Shown here: positions 50,613-60,270 of the stretch, piece by piece
Numbering within the stretch: the stretch's first letter is position 1
How the letters are laid out: each line of letters begins with the position of its first letter
DNA from: Rhodothermales bacterium
Lineage (GTDB): Bacteria; Bacteroidota; Rhodothermia; Rhodothermales; VXPQ01
Direction of reading: 5' to 3'
NCBI GenBank assembly: GCA_965248175.1
Contig: OZ252093.1
Location: forward strand, 2,590,406-2,654,405
Length of the DNA: 64,000 nt
Notes under the pieces: generated by a model
What the model saw: the letters and a program-made list of their open reading frames with translations, nothing else
Databases searched by the model: none
What the model was told of the DNA's origin: nothing
Translations under genes and position numbers: made by a program

Positions 50613-51737
50613 ATGATACAATCCCCGAGAGAAACCGTGCGATTCCGCACAAAAATCGCCCTGCTCACAGCATGTCTTTTCGTCTTCGCCGGCTGTAGCG
50701 GCGAAAGTGATTATCGTCCGAGAGCTGTCGGGCTGGACACCGAAATCCTTGTGGTCGCCGATTCACTGGATTGGAGCGGCGCCATCGGGGAAGCGCTGCG
50801 TGAAACCGTCGGGCAATTCATCAGCACGCTACCTGCCCCCGAACGACAGTTCGAATTGCGGCATGCACCTCTTGAAACGGAGGACGACCTCGAGACGGCG
50901 CGCCGGCAAAAGAATGTGATCTTCGTCGCGGCATTCAGTGATTCGACCAACGAGGCGGAATACATCCGGAACGTATTTGATCCAACCGCCCAGCAAGCTA
51001 TCCGCGAGGAAGGCGGAGTTGCCGTCTCACGCGAAAACATTTTCCGGCGGGATCAGCAGGTCTACTACATCACCGGCGAGGACAAGGAAGATGTCATTGA
51101 GGCGATCTACAGTGCGTCGGAGGGGGTATCCCGCGACTTCAACAGGGCCGCCCGGCGACGGCTCACCGAAGAAATGTTTGATCGGGGACGCCAGGTCGAT
51201 GTCGAGGAAGAACTGGCGGCAATGTATGACTTTGCCGTGAACGTACAGCACGATTATCTGGTCGCTGTGGATACAAGCGACTTCGTCTGGCTCCGGCGTA
51301 TCCTTCCCGAAACATGGCGCAGTGTTTTCGTGCACTTTATCGACCATGCCAACCCCGAGCTGCTTTCTCCTGAATGGATTTACGACACGCGCGACTCGCT
51401 TGCCCGCCAGTACATTCAGGGTAACCTCGGAGGATGGATCGAGATTGACCGCCGGGAAAGCAGACCGCTTGAAACGAAAAACATCAACTTTCTGGGACGG
51501 TATGGTTTTGAAACACGCGGACTCTGGCATATGGTCGGCGTCGAGGAAGGTCGGAAAATGGAGTTCGGGATGGGCGGACCGTTTATAACCTATACGTTTT
51601 ATGATCAGCCGACAGGGCGGCTGTACATGATCGACGGGATGGTTTTTGCCCCTGGATACAACAAAAGAGAGTTTCTGCGCCAGATGGAAGCCATCGCCTA
51701 TACTTTTCGCTCTCGCGACGTTCCTGCGGAAAGCTAA
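50613..51737 (+). CDS. Lipoprotein, DUF4837-like
   Basis: Lipobox FAGC. The region [23 protein letters not shown]...[12 protein letters not shown]...KNVIFVA resembles my recollection of Bacteroidota DUF4837 proteins. Confidence 0.5.
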   Translation: MIQSPRETVRFRTKIALLTACLFVFAGCSGESDYRPRAVGLDTEILVVADSLDWSGAIGEALRETVGQFISTLPAPERQFELRHAPLETEDDLETARRQKNVIFVAAFSDSTNEAEYIRNVFDPTAQQAIREEGGVAVSRENIFRRDQQVYYITGEDKEDVIEAIYSASEGVSRDFNRAARRRLTEEMFDRGRQVDVEEELAAMYDFAVNVQHDYLVAVDTSDFVWLRRILPETWRSVFVHFIDHANPELLSPEWIYDTRDSLARQYIQGNLGGWIEIDRRESRPLETKNINFLGRYGFETRGLWHMVGVEEGRKMEFGMGGPFITYTFYDQPTGRLYMIDGMVFAPGYNKREFLRQMEAIAYTFRSRDVPAES

Positions 51738-51853
51738 GGAATAACAAGCCGTCCATCCGACACGCCCCCATACTCTGTGCGTCCGGCGCCGTCCTACCCG
51801 ACTGGCGGCACATCATCGAATTACCATACCCCACGCGAGCAGCGAACGCATCC

Positions 51854-52774
51854 ATGGCAACCGATCCCGGGCCCAGCGCCGGAAAACCGACACAGGATTC
51901 CCCCGTATTGCGACTCGGGCTGCCCAAAGGCAGCCTGCAAACCGCTACACTGGAACTCTTGCACCGGGCCGGATACAACTTTTCGACGCGCGAGCGATCA
52001 TACTTTCCGTCTACGGACGACAAGGAACTGCGGGCCATGCTGGTCCGTGCCCAGGAGATGGCGCGGTATGTCATGGACGGAGTATTCGACGCAGGCATTA
52101 CAGGCAAGGACTGGGTGCTCGAAACGCAATCGGATGTGCACCCGGTAAGTGACCTGATCTACTCGAAAACGAGCATGCGCCCCGTACGATGGGTCCTTGC
52201 CGTTCCCGAGGATTCCGATATCCAATCCGTAAAAGATCTCGAAGGGAAGCGCATTGCAACCGAGGTGGTTCACATCACGCGCACATGGCTTCGGGAAAAT
52301 GACGTGAATGCCGATGTCGAGTTTTCATGGGGGGCGACCGAGGCAAAATGTCCCGATCTCGTGGACGCCATCGTCGAGGTTACCGAAACGGGCTCGTCGC
52401 TGCGCGCCAACAAACTTCGCATCGCGGATGTGCTGATGCACTCGAATACGCAGCTTATCGCCAACCGGGAAGCATGGAAAGACCCCTGGAAGCGGCAAAA
52501 GATCGAAAGCATTGCACTGCTGATGCAAGGTGCGATCCGGGCCGAGGGCCGCGTTGGACTCAAACTCAATGTGCAGCGTGATCGTGTGGAGCAAATCATC
52601 GAGATGCTCCCCGCCATGCGTATGCCGACCGTTTCGCCACTGGCGAACGGGAACGACTGGGTAGCCATCGAGACGGTCATTGAAGAACGGCACGTACGGC
52701 GCCTCATTCCCGAACTCAAGCGACTCGGCGCCGAAGGCATCATCGAGTACGCGCTGAACAAAATCATTCCGTAA
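51854..52774 (+). CDS. hisG: ATP phosphoribosyltransferase (long form with C-terminal regulatory domain)
   Basis: [18 protein letters not shown]...[12 protein letters not shown]...[15 protein letters not shown]... Confidence 0.9.
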   Translation: MATDPGPSAGKPTQDSPVLRLGLPKGSLQTATLELLHRAGYNFSTRERSYFPSTDDKELRAMLVRAQEMARYVMDGVFDAGITGKDWVLETQSDVHPVSDLIYSKTSMRPVRWVLAVPEDSDIQSVKDLEGKRIATEVVHITRTWLRENDVNADVEFSWGATEAKCPDLVDAIVEVTETGSSLRANKLRIADVLMHSNTQLIANREAWKDPWKRQKIESIALLMQGAIRAEGRVGLKLNVQRDRVEQIIEMLPAMRMPTVSPLANGNDWVAIETVIEERHVRRLIPELKRLGAEGIIEYALNKIIP

Positions 52775-52798
52775 CGACGGCGGCCTGCCGCAACAGGC

Positions 52799-53176
52799 AT
52801 GACGCATCCGGTCTTCACCCCACTGTACAGCCTGCCCGGGGTGGTCGTTCTTCCCCGGCGCCTTGCGGCAAGCATCTTGTGTCTTGCGGTATTCGCGCTC
52901 GCCGCATGTGGCGGCAACGCACCACCACCCGTCTCTGATGTCACCATGGTAGCCGTGCTGGCTGAGATGCACCTCCTGCAGGCCCAGGAAGAACTAACGG
53001 AGATCAACACCAGGGAGGCGCAAGATTCCCTTCTCGCTGCCCACGGCCTCGACAGTACCGCCTGGGCGGACGCCATCGCCTGGTACACATCGCATCCGGA
53101 AACCTTTGCCGGAATATACGGGCGGGTCGTCGATACGCTTCAGGTGCAGCAAATGCCTGAGATCGGAGCGGATTAG
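52799..53176 (+). CDS. Small lipoprotein, DUF4296-like
   Basis: Lipobox LAAC, followed by the helical MVAVLAEMHLLQAQEE... pattern. Confidence 0.45.
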   Translation: MTHPVFTPLYSLPGVVVLPRRLAASILCLAVFALAACGGNAPPPVSDVTMVAVLAEMHLLQAQEELTEINTREAQDSLLAAHGLDSTAWADAIAWYTSHPETFAGIYGRVVDTLQVQQMPEIGAD

Positions 53177-53177
53177 G

Positions 53178-55136
53178 TCATGAAGACGCCTCAAGCATCG
53201 ATGTTGCCTTTGCCGTGAGTTCAAAGGCATCTCCCGGTGGCCGGGGCTGCCGAAGGTACCCCTCGTTGATCAGCCAGCCGAGCAACTGATCGATCCGGTA
53301 CGCAGGCGTGCGCATACCTTCCAGCCATTCTCCGCGCGGTTTCCCGTCAGCGATCTGACGCAACAATCGTTGGACGATGAGCGCATCCAGGGGGGGCGGC
53401 TCGAATACTTCGTGGCGCCCGAGGCACACGTCACATGTGCCGCATCGCTCTGGAACCGTCTCTCCGAAGTACGTCAGCAAAAAATGGCGGCGGCATGTCG
53501 TCGAACACGCAAAACGGATCATCTGGTCGAGCTGCGCTTCCGCTCGCTTGCGGGCGGTACGCACTTGGTCGCCGTCGATCGGAAGGCGAGCGCTGCGGGC
53601 ATGTAAGAAGGTGACACGCACTACCTGATCCGGAGGAATCCAATCAAGCAATTGGTGTCCTTGCAGGTACTCCATACCCTTCAAAAGATGCTCCAGGGAA
53701 AGCCCCGTCCGGCGAACAAGCATCCGGATATCGATCTCCCGCCAATCCGAAAAGACCCCCGCGTCTACCGTTCGCAATAGCGCACGGACAAACTCCGCCA
53801 GAGAGGCATTGGCATGGCCCTCAGCATACTCCCGAAACGCAGAGACGGGTTGCCGGCAATGAATCAGCCCGGCATTCCCCCGCTGCGGGAGTACCCGCCA
53901 TGCATCCTGACGTGCAAGGAGCGTCACGGCCGTGTTTATTTTTCCCGCAGAAAACCCCGTGAGGCGAGCAATCGGCCCGATCCGAACAGGCACAGGCGAG
54001 TCAATCTCACCCCCCACTGCCAGCTGCGCCAAATTGCACACCGCATCATAGACCTTCCTCACTTCCTTCGGCGTCGGATGACTCTCCTCAATAAGCATGC
54101 GCGGCGTTTCCTCATCGCCCTGATGGTACAAGAGCGTGGCCCAGGACGTTTTTCCATCCCTTCCCCCACGCCCTGCCTCCTGATAATACCCTTCGAGCGT
54201 GCCGGGCATATCGACATGAATGACGAAGCGAACATCCGGTTTGTCAATGCCCATGCCGAAAGCATTGGTGGCAACCATGATCCGCTGATCGCCGCGGATC
54301 CATCCATTCTGCACCCGCTCGCGCACGGAACCTTCCATGCCGCCGTGATAAAATACACAAGACTGATTACGTCGCGTAAGCCAGTCAGCCCACCGTTCGA
54401 CACCCTTTCGGGTACTCGAATACAGAATACCGGAACCCGGAACACCGTCGAGAATGTCAAGCACCTTTGATCGCTTGTTTTCTGTCCGAAAAACGGACCA
54501 GACGATGTTGGGACGATCAAACCCCTGAACGATGCGTTCCGGGCGACGCAGCACCAGGTGCTCGACAATGTCCTTGCGCACGTTGGGCGTAGCCGTCGCG
54601 GTGACGGCAATGGTCGGTGGATCTCCCATGTGCTTGCGCGCAGCGGCAATCTGCAGATAGGAAGGCCGGAAATTGTGCCCCCACTCGGAGATGCAGTGTG
54701 CTTCGTCCACGGCGAGCAAAGAGATGTTCATGCGCGAAGCCCGCACAGCGAACGCCTCCGAAGAAAGCCGTTCGGGAGCCAGATATAGAAGGCGATACTT
54801 CCCGTGCTCAGCGCCGAGCCATCGCTGTTCTATCTCGCGCCGGGGCAATGCACTGTTGATGTACGTGGCCTTGACACCATGAGCCTCCAGCCCCGCCACT
54901 TGATCCTGCATGAGCGCGATCAACGGAGAAATCACGAGGGTGAGGCCCTCGTGCAGGAGAGCGGGGACCTGATAGCAAATGGATTTCCCGCCGCCGGTGG
55001 GAAGAATGGCAAGCACATCCCGCCCTTCGACAATGGGTCGAATGATGTCCCACTGACCGGGACGAAAATCATCGTATCCCCAGTACTCGCGGAGAATGCG
55101 ACGGGCGTCTTCGTATGATGGATACCTCCCTGCCAT
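53178..55136 (-). CDS. recQ: ATP-dependent DNA helicase, RecQ family
   Basis: FRPGQWDII...LPTGGGKSICYQVPAL...VDEAHCISEWGHNFRPSY...ATNAFGMGIDKPDVRFV...; zinc-binding CRRHFLLTYFGE...CGTCDVC. Confidence 0.92.
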   Translation of the reverse strand: MAGRYPSYEDARRILREYWGYDDFRPGQWDIIRPIVEGRDVLAILPTGGGKSICYQVPALLHEGLTLVISPLIALMQDQVAGLEAHGVKATYINSALPRREIEQRWLGAEHGKYRLLYLAPERLSSEAFAVRASRMNISLLAVDEAHCISEWGHNFRPSYLQIAAARKHMGDPPTIAVTATATPNVRKDIVEHLVLRRPERIVQGFDRPNIVWSVFRTENKRSKVLDILDGVPGSGILYSSTRKGVERWADWLTRRNQSCVFYHGGMEGSVRERVQNGWIRGDQRIMVATNAFGMGIDKPDVRFVIHVDMPGTLEGYYQEAGRGGRDGKTSWATLLYHQGDEETPRMLIEESHPTPKEVRKVYDAVCNLAQLAVGGEIDSPVPVRIGPIARLTGFSAGKINTAVTLLARQDAWRVLPQRGNAGLIHCRQPVSAFREYAEGHANASLAEFVRALLRTVDAGVFSDWREIDIRMLVRRTGLSLEHLLKGMEYLQGHQLLDWIPPDQVVRVTFLHARSARLPIDGDQVRTARKRAEAQLDQMIRFACSTTCRRHFLLTYFGETVPERCGTCDVCLGRHEVFEPPPLDALIVQRLLRQIADGKPRGEWLEGMRTPAYRIDQLLGWLINEGYLRQPRPPGDAFELTAKATSMLEASS

Positions 55137-55243
55137 ATCGTTCGAACGATACTGCGCACAACTCGTTGGATAATTGCGAATGCCTGTCCGCTCCGCCGGA
55201 TTCGCAGCGAAGATACGACCCTACGAAAGAAAGCCCAATCGGT

Positions 55244-56281
55244 ATGGCGGCCGTACGCCCCCGCGTATCCATTATCGTCGTTACCTGGAATGCATTGCCG
55301 CTCTTGAAGCAATGCTTCCCTTCCGTAGTAGCGACCGAATACGAAAACCTGGAGATTATTCTGGCCGACAATGCCTCGGACGACGGCTCGGCCGAATGGA
55401 TTCGCAGGCATTTTTCGAACATTCGGGTGCTACGCTATACGGAAAACACCATGTTTTGCCGTGGCAATAACGAAGCTATTCCGCACGCTACGGGAAAATA
55501 TGTATTACTGTTGAATAACGACGTGGAAGTGCCGCCCGGTTGGCTCAATCCACTCGTGGACGAATTGGAAACATGTGAAGACATCGCTGCCGTACAGCCC
55601 AAGGTATTGCAATACGAGGATCGATCCATGTTCGAATACGCCGGCGCTTCGGGAGGATTTATGGATCGGCTGGGGTATCCTTTTGCTCGCGGGCGCATTT
55701 TCTTCCGGTTGGAAAAGGATCGCGGACAATACGACGAGCCTCGCGATATCTTCTGGGGTACGGGTGCGGCGCTGCTGCTCCGCCGATCTGCCCTTGACAA
55801 GGTGGGATTGCTGGACGAGCACTTCGAAATGCACATGGAAGAAATCGACTTATGCTGGCGACTCCAGCGAGCCGGGTACCGGATCCGCGTACAACCAGCC
55901 AGCGAAGTGTACCACATCGGTGGTGGATCACTGCGCCGGGGAAACCCCCGGAAGGTCTATCTGACATTCCGGAATAACCTGCTGATGCTGTACAAAAACC
56001 TGCCGGAACCCGAATGGAAACGAGTCTTTGCGGCGCGATGCGCACTGGACGCGGCGGCAGCGATGCGCGCACTTGTGTCGGGACACCCCACCGAATATAC
56101 AGCTATCATGCGAGCCTACACCGATGCGCATCGAATGAAGGGCTCCTGGACCTGTGGCACGACCCGACCGGAAACGCTTTCGGAAACCGTGCTGCCCACC
56201 TACAGGAACAGTATTGTCGCCGATTATTTCGTGCGGGGACGCCGGCGCTTCGACTTGCTGCCTAAGAAGGCCTTCGTGTAA
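55244..56281 (+). CDS. Glycosyltransferase family 2
   Basis: Start at MAAVRPRVSIIVVTWN... The motif ILADNASDDGS and a later DxD-like region are present. The longer upstream ORF would overlap recQ. Confidence 0.8.
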   Translation: MAAVRPRVSIIVVTWNALPLLKQCFPSVVATEYENLEIILADNASDDGSAEWIRRHFSNIRVLRYTENTMFCRGNNEAIPHATGKYVLLLNNDVEVPPGWLNPLVDELETCEDIAAVQPKVLQYEDRSMFEYAGASGGFMDRLGYPFARGRIFFRLEKDRGQYDEPRDIFWGTGAALLLRRSALDKVGLLDEHFEMHMEEIDLCWRLQRAGYRIRVQPASEVYHIGGGSLRRGNPRKVYLTFRNNLLMLYKNLPEPEWKRVFAARCALDAAAAMRALVSGHPTEYTAIMRAYTDAHRMKGSWTCGTTRPETLSETVLPTYRNSIVADYFVRGRRRFDLLPKKAFV

Positions 56282-56347
56282 CCCTGGCACGGAGTCAGGC
56301 AGAATAGATTGGCCTATCGCCCCGTCGTGCATCTCTCTCCTTCTCTG

Positions 56348-57277
56348 TCAGTCTGTTATCGGAATGACGGGCTGAGTACGCTTGTAGTATAGTACTACGA
56401 AAGAAATGGCAACCAGCACCACCAGCATCCCGGCCATGGCGACGGCACTCGGCAACTCGTCGAATATCACGTAAGCAAGCAGGGAAGCACCGACCGGCTC
56501 AATGAGCCCCATCAATCCAATCAGGGCTACCGAAAAATAGCGTATGCCGTAATTAAAGGCCCCATGCCCCATCACTTGCGGTCCCAACGCCAAGCCCGCA
56601 CACAGTACATAAAATAGCGGGGGAAACCCCCACAAGGGGGTATTAAGCAGAAGAGCAATGACCAGTGTTGTAGCGGCGGCCACGGTATACAATGGAAACA
56701 CGTAGGCCAACCAGGAACGCTTCTGGCGTACAACCCGACCCACAAGAAGGTACACACTGAAAAATAACGAGCCGGTCAAGGCCAACCCATTGCCGAAAAG
56801 TGTTCCGGCGCCGTCTCCCCCAAGCATGTCTCCTGCACCGATTGTTGCCGCTCCCGCCACGGCCAGCAGAATTGCCCCATTGATCGGTTTCGAAAGCCGC
56901 TCATTCAGAAATATGTAACCGAGCACCGCCAGAAAAACAGGGCTGGTAGTGACAAGAACCGACGCCGCTGCCACCGTCGTGTGATAGAGCGACTCGATCC
57001 ATAGTACAAAGTGCATCCCAAGCAGAATGCCGGCCGACAAAATCATATACCACTCGCGCCGGTCGAACGCTTTTATCTCAGCCCTTGCACGCACCCACGC
57101 AAACGGCGCCAGTACTACGGCCGCCATCATGGTGCGCCAGACAGCAACCGTCAGACCGGGAGCTTCCCCTCCGACTTCACCACCTGCAAATCGAATAAGG
57201 ATAGGACTAAACGAGAAACTGATCATGCCGGCAGCAAGCACCCAATACACCAAAACCGGTCTGTTTCCCTTACACAT
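56348..57277 (-). CDS. DMT-superfamily (EamA-like) transporter
   Basis: 309 aa with ~10 TM segments and two EamA-like halves. Confidence 0.75.
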   Translation of the reverse strand: MCKGNRPVLVYWVLAAGMISFSFSPILIRFAGGEVGGEAPGLTVAVWRTMMAAVVLAPFAWVRARAEIKAFDRREWYMILSAGILLGMHFVLWIESLYHTTVAAASVLVTTSPVFLAVLGYIFLNERLSKPINGAILLAVAGAATIGAGDMLGGDGAGTLFGNGLALTGSLFFSVYLLVGRVVRQKRSWLAYVFPLYTVAAATTLVIALLLNTPLWGFPPLFYVLCAGLALGPQVMGHGAFNYGIRYFSVALIGLMGLIEPVGASLLAYVIFDELPSAVAMAGMLVVLVAISFVVLYYKRTQPVIPITD

Positions 57278-57304
57278 CGCGTAGTTTTCGATTCCTGCCC
57301 ATAG

Positions 57305-57727
57305 TCAGCGAATACGACTCGCCGAACGCACCAACTCGATATCCGACCGGATCGCCCGCCGGGCCAGCCAGAAGAAAGCATAGGCTAAAACGAGAATTGC
57401 CATCGTGACCATTCTGCCGGTAGTGTCCGTATCTGAGGATGAGGCAAATACGTCAGGAGTACCACCGATATACATGGCCACTGCAAACAGGGCCATCAAT
57501 ATCAGCGTGAAAATCTGTGCCAAGAGCACCAAGGTATGCTGACGCCCCCGATCTCTGTACATAAAAATGGAGATCACGCCGAGCAAATCGGCCAACACGC
57601 CCACCCCAAAGACAACATGAACGTATCCGGGAAACACCCCGAAGACAGCGCCGGCCCCGAAGAAAAGAACAGCACCGAGCGCCAGGGAACCCAAGAGCAA
57701 ATACACCGACTGTTTGCGCTGAACCAT
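57305..57727 (-). CDS. Four-TM membrane protein, DUF4293-like
   Basis: Start taken at MVQRKQSVYLLLGSL... The C-terminal RSDIELVRSASRIR resembles the DUF4293 termini as I recall them. Confidence 0.5.
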   Translation of the reverse strand: MVQRKQSVYLLLGSLALGAVLFFGAGAVFGVFPGYVHVVFGVGVLADLLGVISIFMYRDRGRQHTLVLLAQIFTLILMALFAVAMYIGGTPDVFASSSDTDTTGRMVTMAILVLAYAFFWLARRAIRSDIELVRSASRIR

Positions 57728-57816
57728 AACTTCATTAACAGGAAAAGCCCCGCCGGACCCGGCGAGGCTTTTCAGCATATTCAAGAACTTCCATGCATAC
57801 GGCAGACACGTACAGC

Positions 57817-58269
57817 CTATAATATTTCGGGCTTGCTGGAGTAGTTGATGCGCAATGTACCAGCCTCGCGCAACTCCTGCTGCACATCCGTTACAATCCC
57901 CATTTCCGACGATTGATCCACGCGAAGAGATACAATGAGCTTCGGTTGATCAAGTAACTTGCGGTACATGATGCTACGAATCGAGGGCAAGTCCTCGATG
58001 AGCGCATCGTCAATCTGAACGGAGGTATCGCCCAACTCGTTGTTGGCCAACTTGAGGGGGCCGAGATACATATACGAAACCAGACGCTTCTGGTCGATCT
58101 TGGTAAGCGCCTCGGCACGCGGCAACGTGGTGCGCACCTGTATCTCCGTCTCTCGCAGCACGGTCGTTACCATGAAAAAAATGATGAGCATGAAGATGAT
58201 GTCCGGCATGGACGCCATCGGGATGGTCGGACTCGACTTCGCGCTTTTTTTCTGAAAGTGTGTTGACAT
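57817..58269 (-). CDS. exbD: ExbD/TolR family biopolymer transport protein
   Basis: IPMASMPDIIFMLIIFFMVTT... has the typical ExbD N-terminal TM segment and periplasmic domain. Confidence 0.85.
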   Translation of the reverse strand: MSTHFQKKSAKSSPTIPMASMPDIIFMLIIFFMVTTVLRETEIQVRTTLPRAEALTKIDQKRLVSYMYLGPLKLANNELGDTSVQIDDALIEDLPSIRSIMYRKLLDQPKLIVSLRVDQSSEMGIVTDVQQELREAGTLRINYSSKPEIL

Positions 58270-58323
58270 AAGCCCTTCGATCGCGTGATTGCTTGTCGTA
58301 CTACGGAACAGGCCGATTCCGGC

Positions 58324-58887
58324 TTATCCCCCATCCGGCTCTGCGATGGATATCAGCGCCTTGATCTTCTTGCGAATCAGGTTTTCTTCATCGTTTTCAT
58401 CGATATAGTCCCGGTAGGTGGCATAATCGGGAAAACCCCTGGTACGAGCTTCGGCATCCCACAGTTCGAAATAGGCCATCCATATCTCGTCAAGCACGCC
58501 GATATAGGTGTCGTACGGTGTCTGACGATCCGTTTTCAGGGACACGACGGCCTTGTCCATCGATTCGGCGTAGTTGGGATCCTCCCCCTCGTTCAGGGTA
58601 TGCTTCTTGACCTCCTCCCTGACCCTCGGAATGGCCGAAGGTCTGTCCTCAATCAGCACTCGTCCCTCGGAATTCACGAGAATCTTGAGCATGTTGCGCT
58701 CCCTGACCGGAGGCGGCTCCTGGTTCTCGTCCAACTTCGGGGGCAACGTCATGCCGATGCCCGTGTCCACATTGATGGTCGTCGTAACAAGGAAAAAGAT
58801 GAGCAGCAGGAAGGCGATATCCGCCATGGATGCGGTGGGTATTTCCCCCCCTTCTCTCTCCTTTTTCTTTTTAAGCAATCCAGCCAT
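58324..58887 (-). CDS. exbD: ExbD/TolR family biopolymer transport protein (longer paralogue)
   Basis: IPTASMADIAFLLLIFFLVTT... Confidence 0.85.
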   Translation of the reverse strand: MAGLLKKKKEREGGEIPTASMADIAFLLLIFFLVTTTINVDTGIGMTLPPKLDENQEPPPVRERNMLKILVNSEGRVLIEDRPSAIPRVREEVKKHTLNEGEDPNYAESMDKAVVSLKTDRQTPYDTYIGVLDEIWMAYFELWDAEARTRGFPDYATYRDYIDENDEENLIRKKIKALISIAEPDGG

Positions 58888-58967
58888 GACGCCTTGCGTA
58901 CTTGTGGTTGTGGATACCTGGATTCAGAAAGCTGCCTCGGATAACGGGTAACAGCGCACGAGCCCTG

Positions 58968-59240
58968 TCAGTTGAACAATCCTCTGATTCCGGATACCAG
59001 CAGGCTTACGGCCGCCAGCACGAACATGATAACCAGCGTCCAGATGCCCGCTACAGCCCAGTCTCCGATGATAAGGCCAATAATAAGCAAGAGAATCACC
59101 GGAACGAGTATGATGGCAGCCGTAACGAGGTTGATCTTCCCGTTAATGATGCTCTGGATACCGGACAGCAGTATCCCGAGCAAACCGAGCCCAAGAATAA
59201 CCGCAGCGGCCCAAATGGCGATGGGAACTATGTTGTCCAT
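58968..59240 (-). CDS. Small (90 aa) three-TM hydrophobic protein between exbB and exbD
   Basis: The ORF is almost entirely hydrophobic segments, on the same strand with tight spacing (19 nt after exbB). No family recognised. Confidence 0.5.
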   Translation of the reverse strand: MDNIVPIAIWAAAVILGLGLLGILLSGIQSIINGKINLVTAAIILVPVILLLIIGLIIGDWAVAGIWTLVIMFVLAAVSLLVSGIRGLFN

Positions 59241-59259
59241 GGTCTAAAAACGTTTGCGG

Positions 59260-59994
59260 TTAGACGGATTCGTCGGAATCACCGACGTCGGCAACCTGCG
59301 GTGCAACTGGACGGCCCGCCTGCAACAGCACCAGCGAATCGATAAGTTCGATGGAAGCGTCTTCCATTTCCACTACGATCCGGTCGATCTTCGACACGGC
59401 GTAGTTATAGAAGAATTGCAGGATGATCGCTACGATAAGGCCAAACGCCGTGGTCAGGAGCGCCACCTTGATACCACCCGCCACAAGACTCGGCGAAATG
59501 TCGCCCGCCGACTCAATGGCGTCAAAGGCCTCAATCATGCCGACAACCGTTCCAAGGAACCCGAGCATCGGGGCAAGACTGATGAAAAGCGAAAGCCAGA
59601 CCAGTCCACGCTCCAGAAAACTCATCTCGATCGAGCCATAGGACACAACTGCTTTTTCAACCGCATCAATGCCCTCATCGTGGCGCAAAAGGCCTGCCTG
59701 GAACACGGCGGCAACAGGACCACGTGTCTTTGCGCAAATCTCCTCGGCTGCAGAAACACCGCCGTCATCGAGCGAATGCTTGATGCCAACGATGAATTTG
59801 CGGGTGTTGATGTCGGCCCGGTTGAGCGTGATAATGCGTTCAAACGCAATAGCAAGCCCGATGATCAAACAGATCAAAACGGGCCACATCCACTCGCCGC
59901 CCTCGTTAAAGCGCTCTACAAGAACGTTGATGACGCCCCCATCTGAGGAGGCCGCGTCCTGCAAAAGCAATACCATCAAGTTGGGAAGAGTCAT
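59260..59994 (-). CDS. exbB: MotA/TolQ/ExbB proton-channel protein
   Basis: 244 aa with C-terminal ...LGFLGTVVGMIEAFDAI...ALLTTAFGLIVAI... Confidence 0.88.
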   Translation of the reverse strand: MTLPNLMVLLLQDAASSDGGVINVLVERFNEGGEWMWPVLICLIIGLAIAFERIITLNRADINTRKFIVGIKHSLDDGGVSAAEEICAKTRGPVAAVFQAGLLRHDEGIDAVEKAVVSYGSIEMSFLERGLVWLSLFISLAPMLGFLGTVVGMIEAFDAIESAGDISPSLVAGGIKVALLTTAFGLIVAIILQFFYNYAVSKIDRIVVEMEDASIELIDSLVLLQAGRPVAPQVADVGDSDESV

Positions 59995-60270
59995 GGATTG
60001 GTTCCTCCGGAAAAAACGGTGTTTCGGTTATAAAGTAAATGAATGTATGGAAGGTAGTACACTATGTGCAATATACCCCCGATATCCGGCGCCTGTGCAA
60101 TGTTTAAGGAACACTTGCCGGACATCGCTATGCCGAAACATGCCAACGCCCGAATCGCCGTACCAAGCAAGTATACTTATTGAAAAGCGAAGTGTCAACG
60201 AGGGAACGCTAAACACGGTCATTCCTGCGATTTTTTTTATACGGGAGCCCATACAGTCAGGGGGCCAATG

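Noticed and set aside
45791-50668. 401-aa, 273-aa, 306-aa and 393-aa minus-strand ORFs
   Set aside because: They are antisense to trpD, trpF/trpB and trpA, and the sense-strand genes carry textbook motifs.
51738-51853. Possible his leader/attenuator upstream of hisG
   Set aside because: I could find no run of His codons, no small ORF and no terminator hairpin/T-tract in the 116-nt region.
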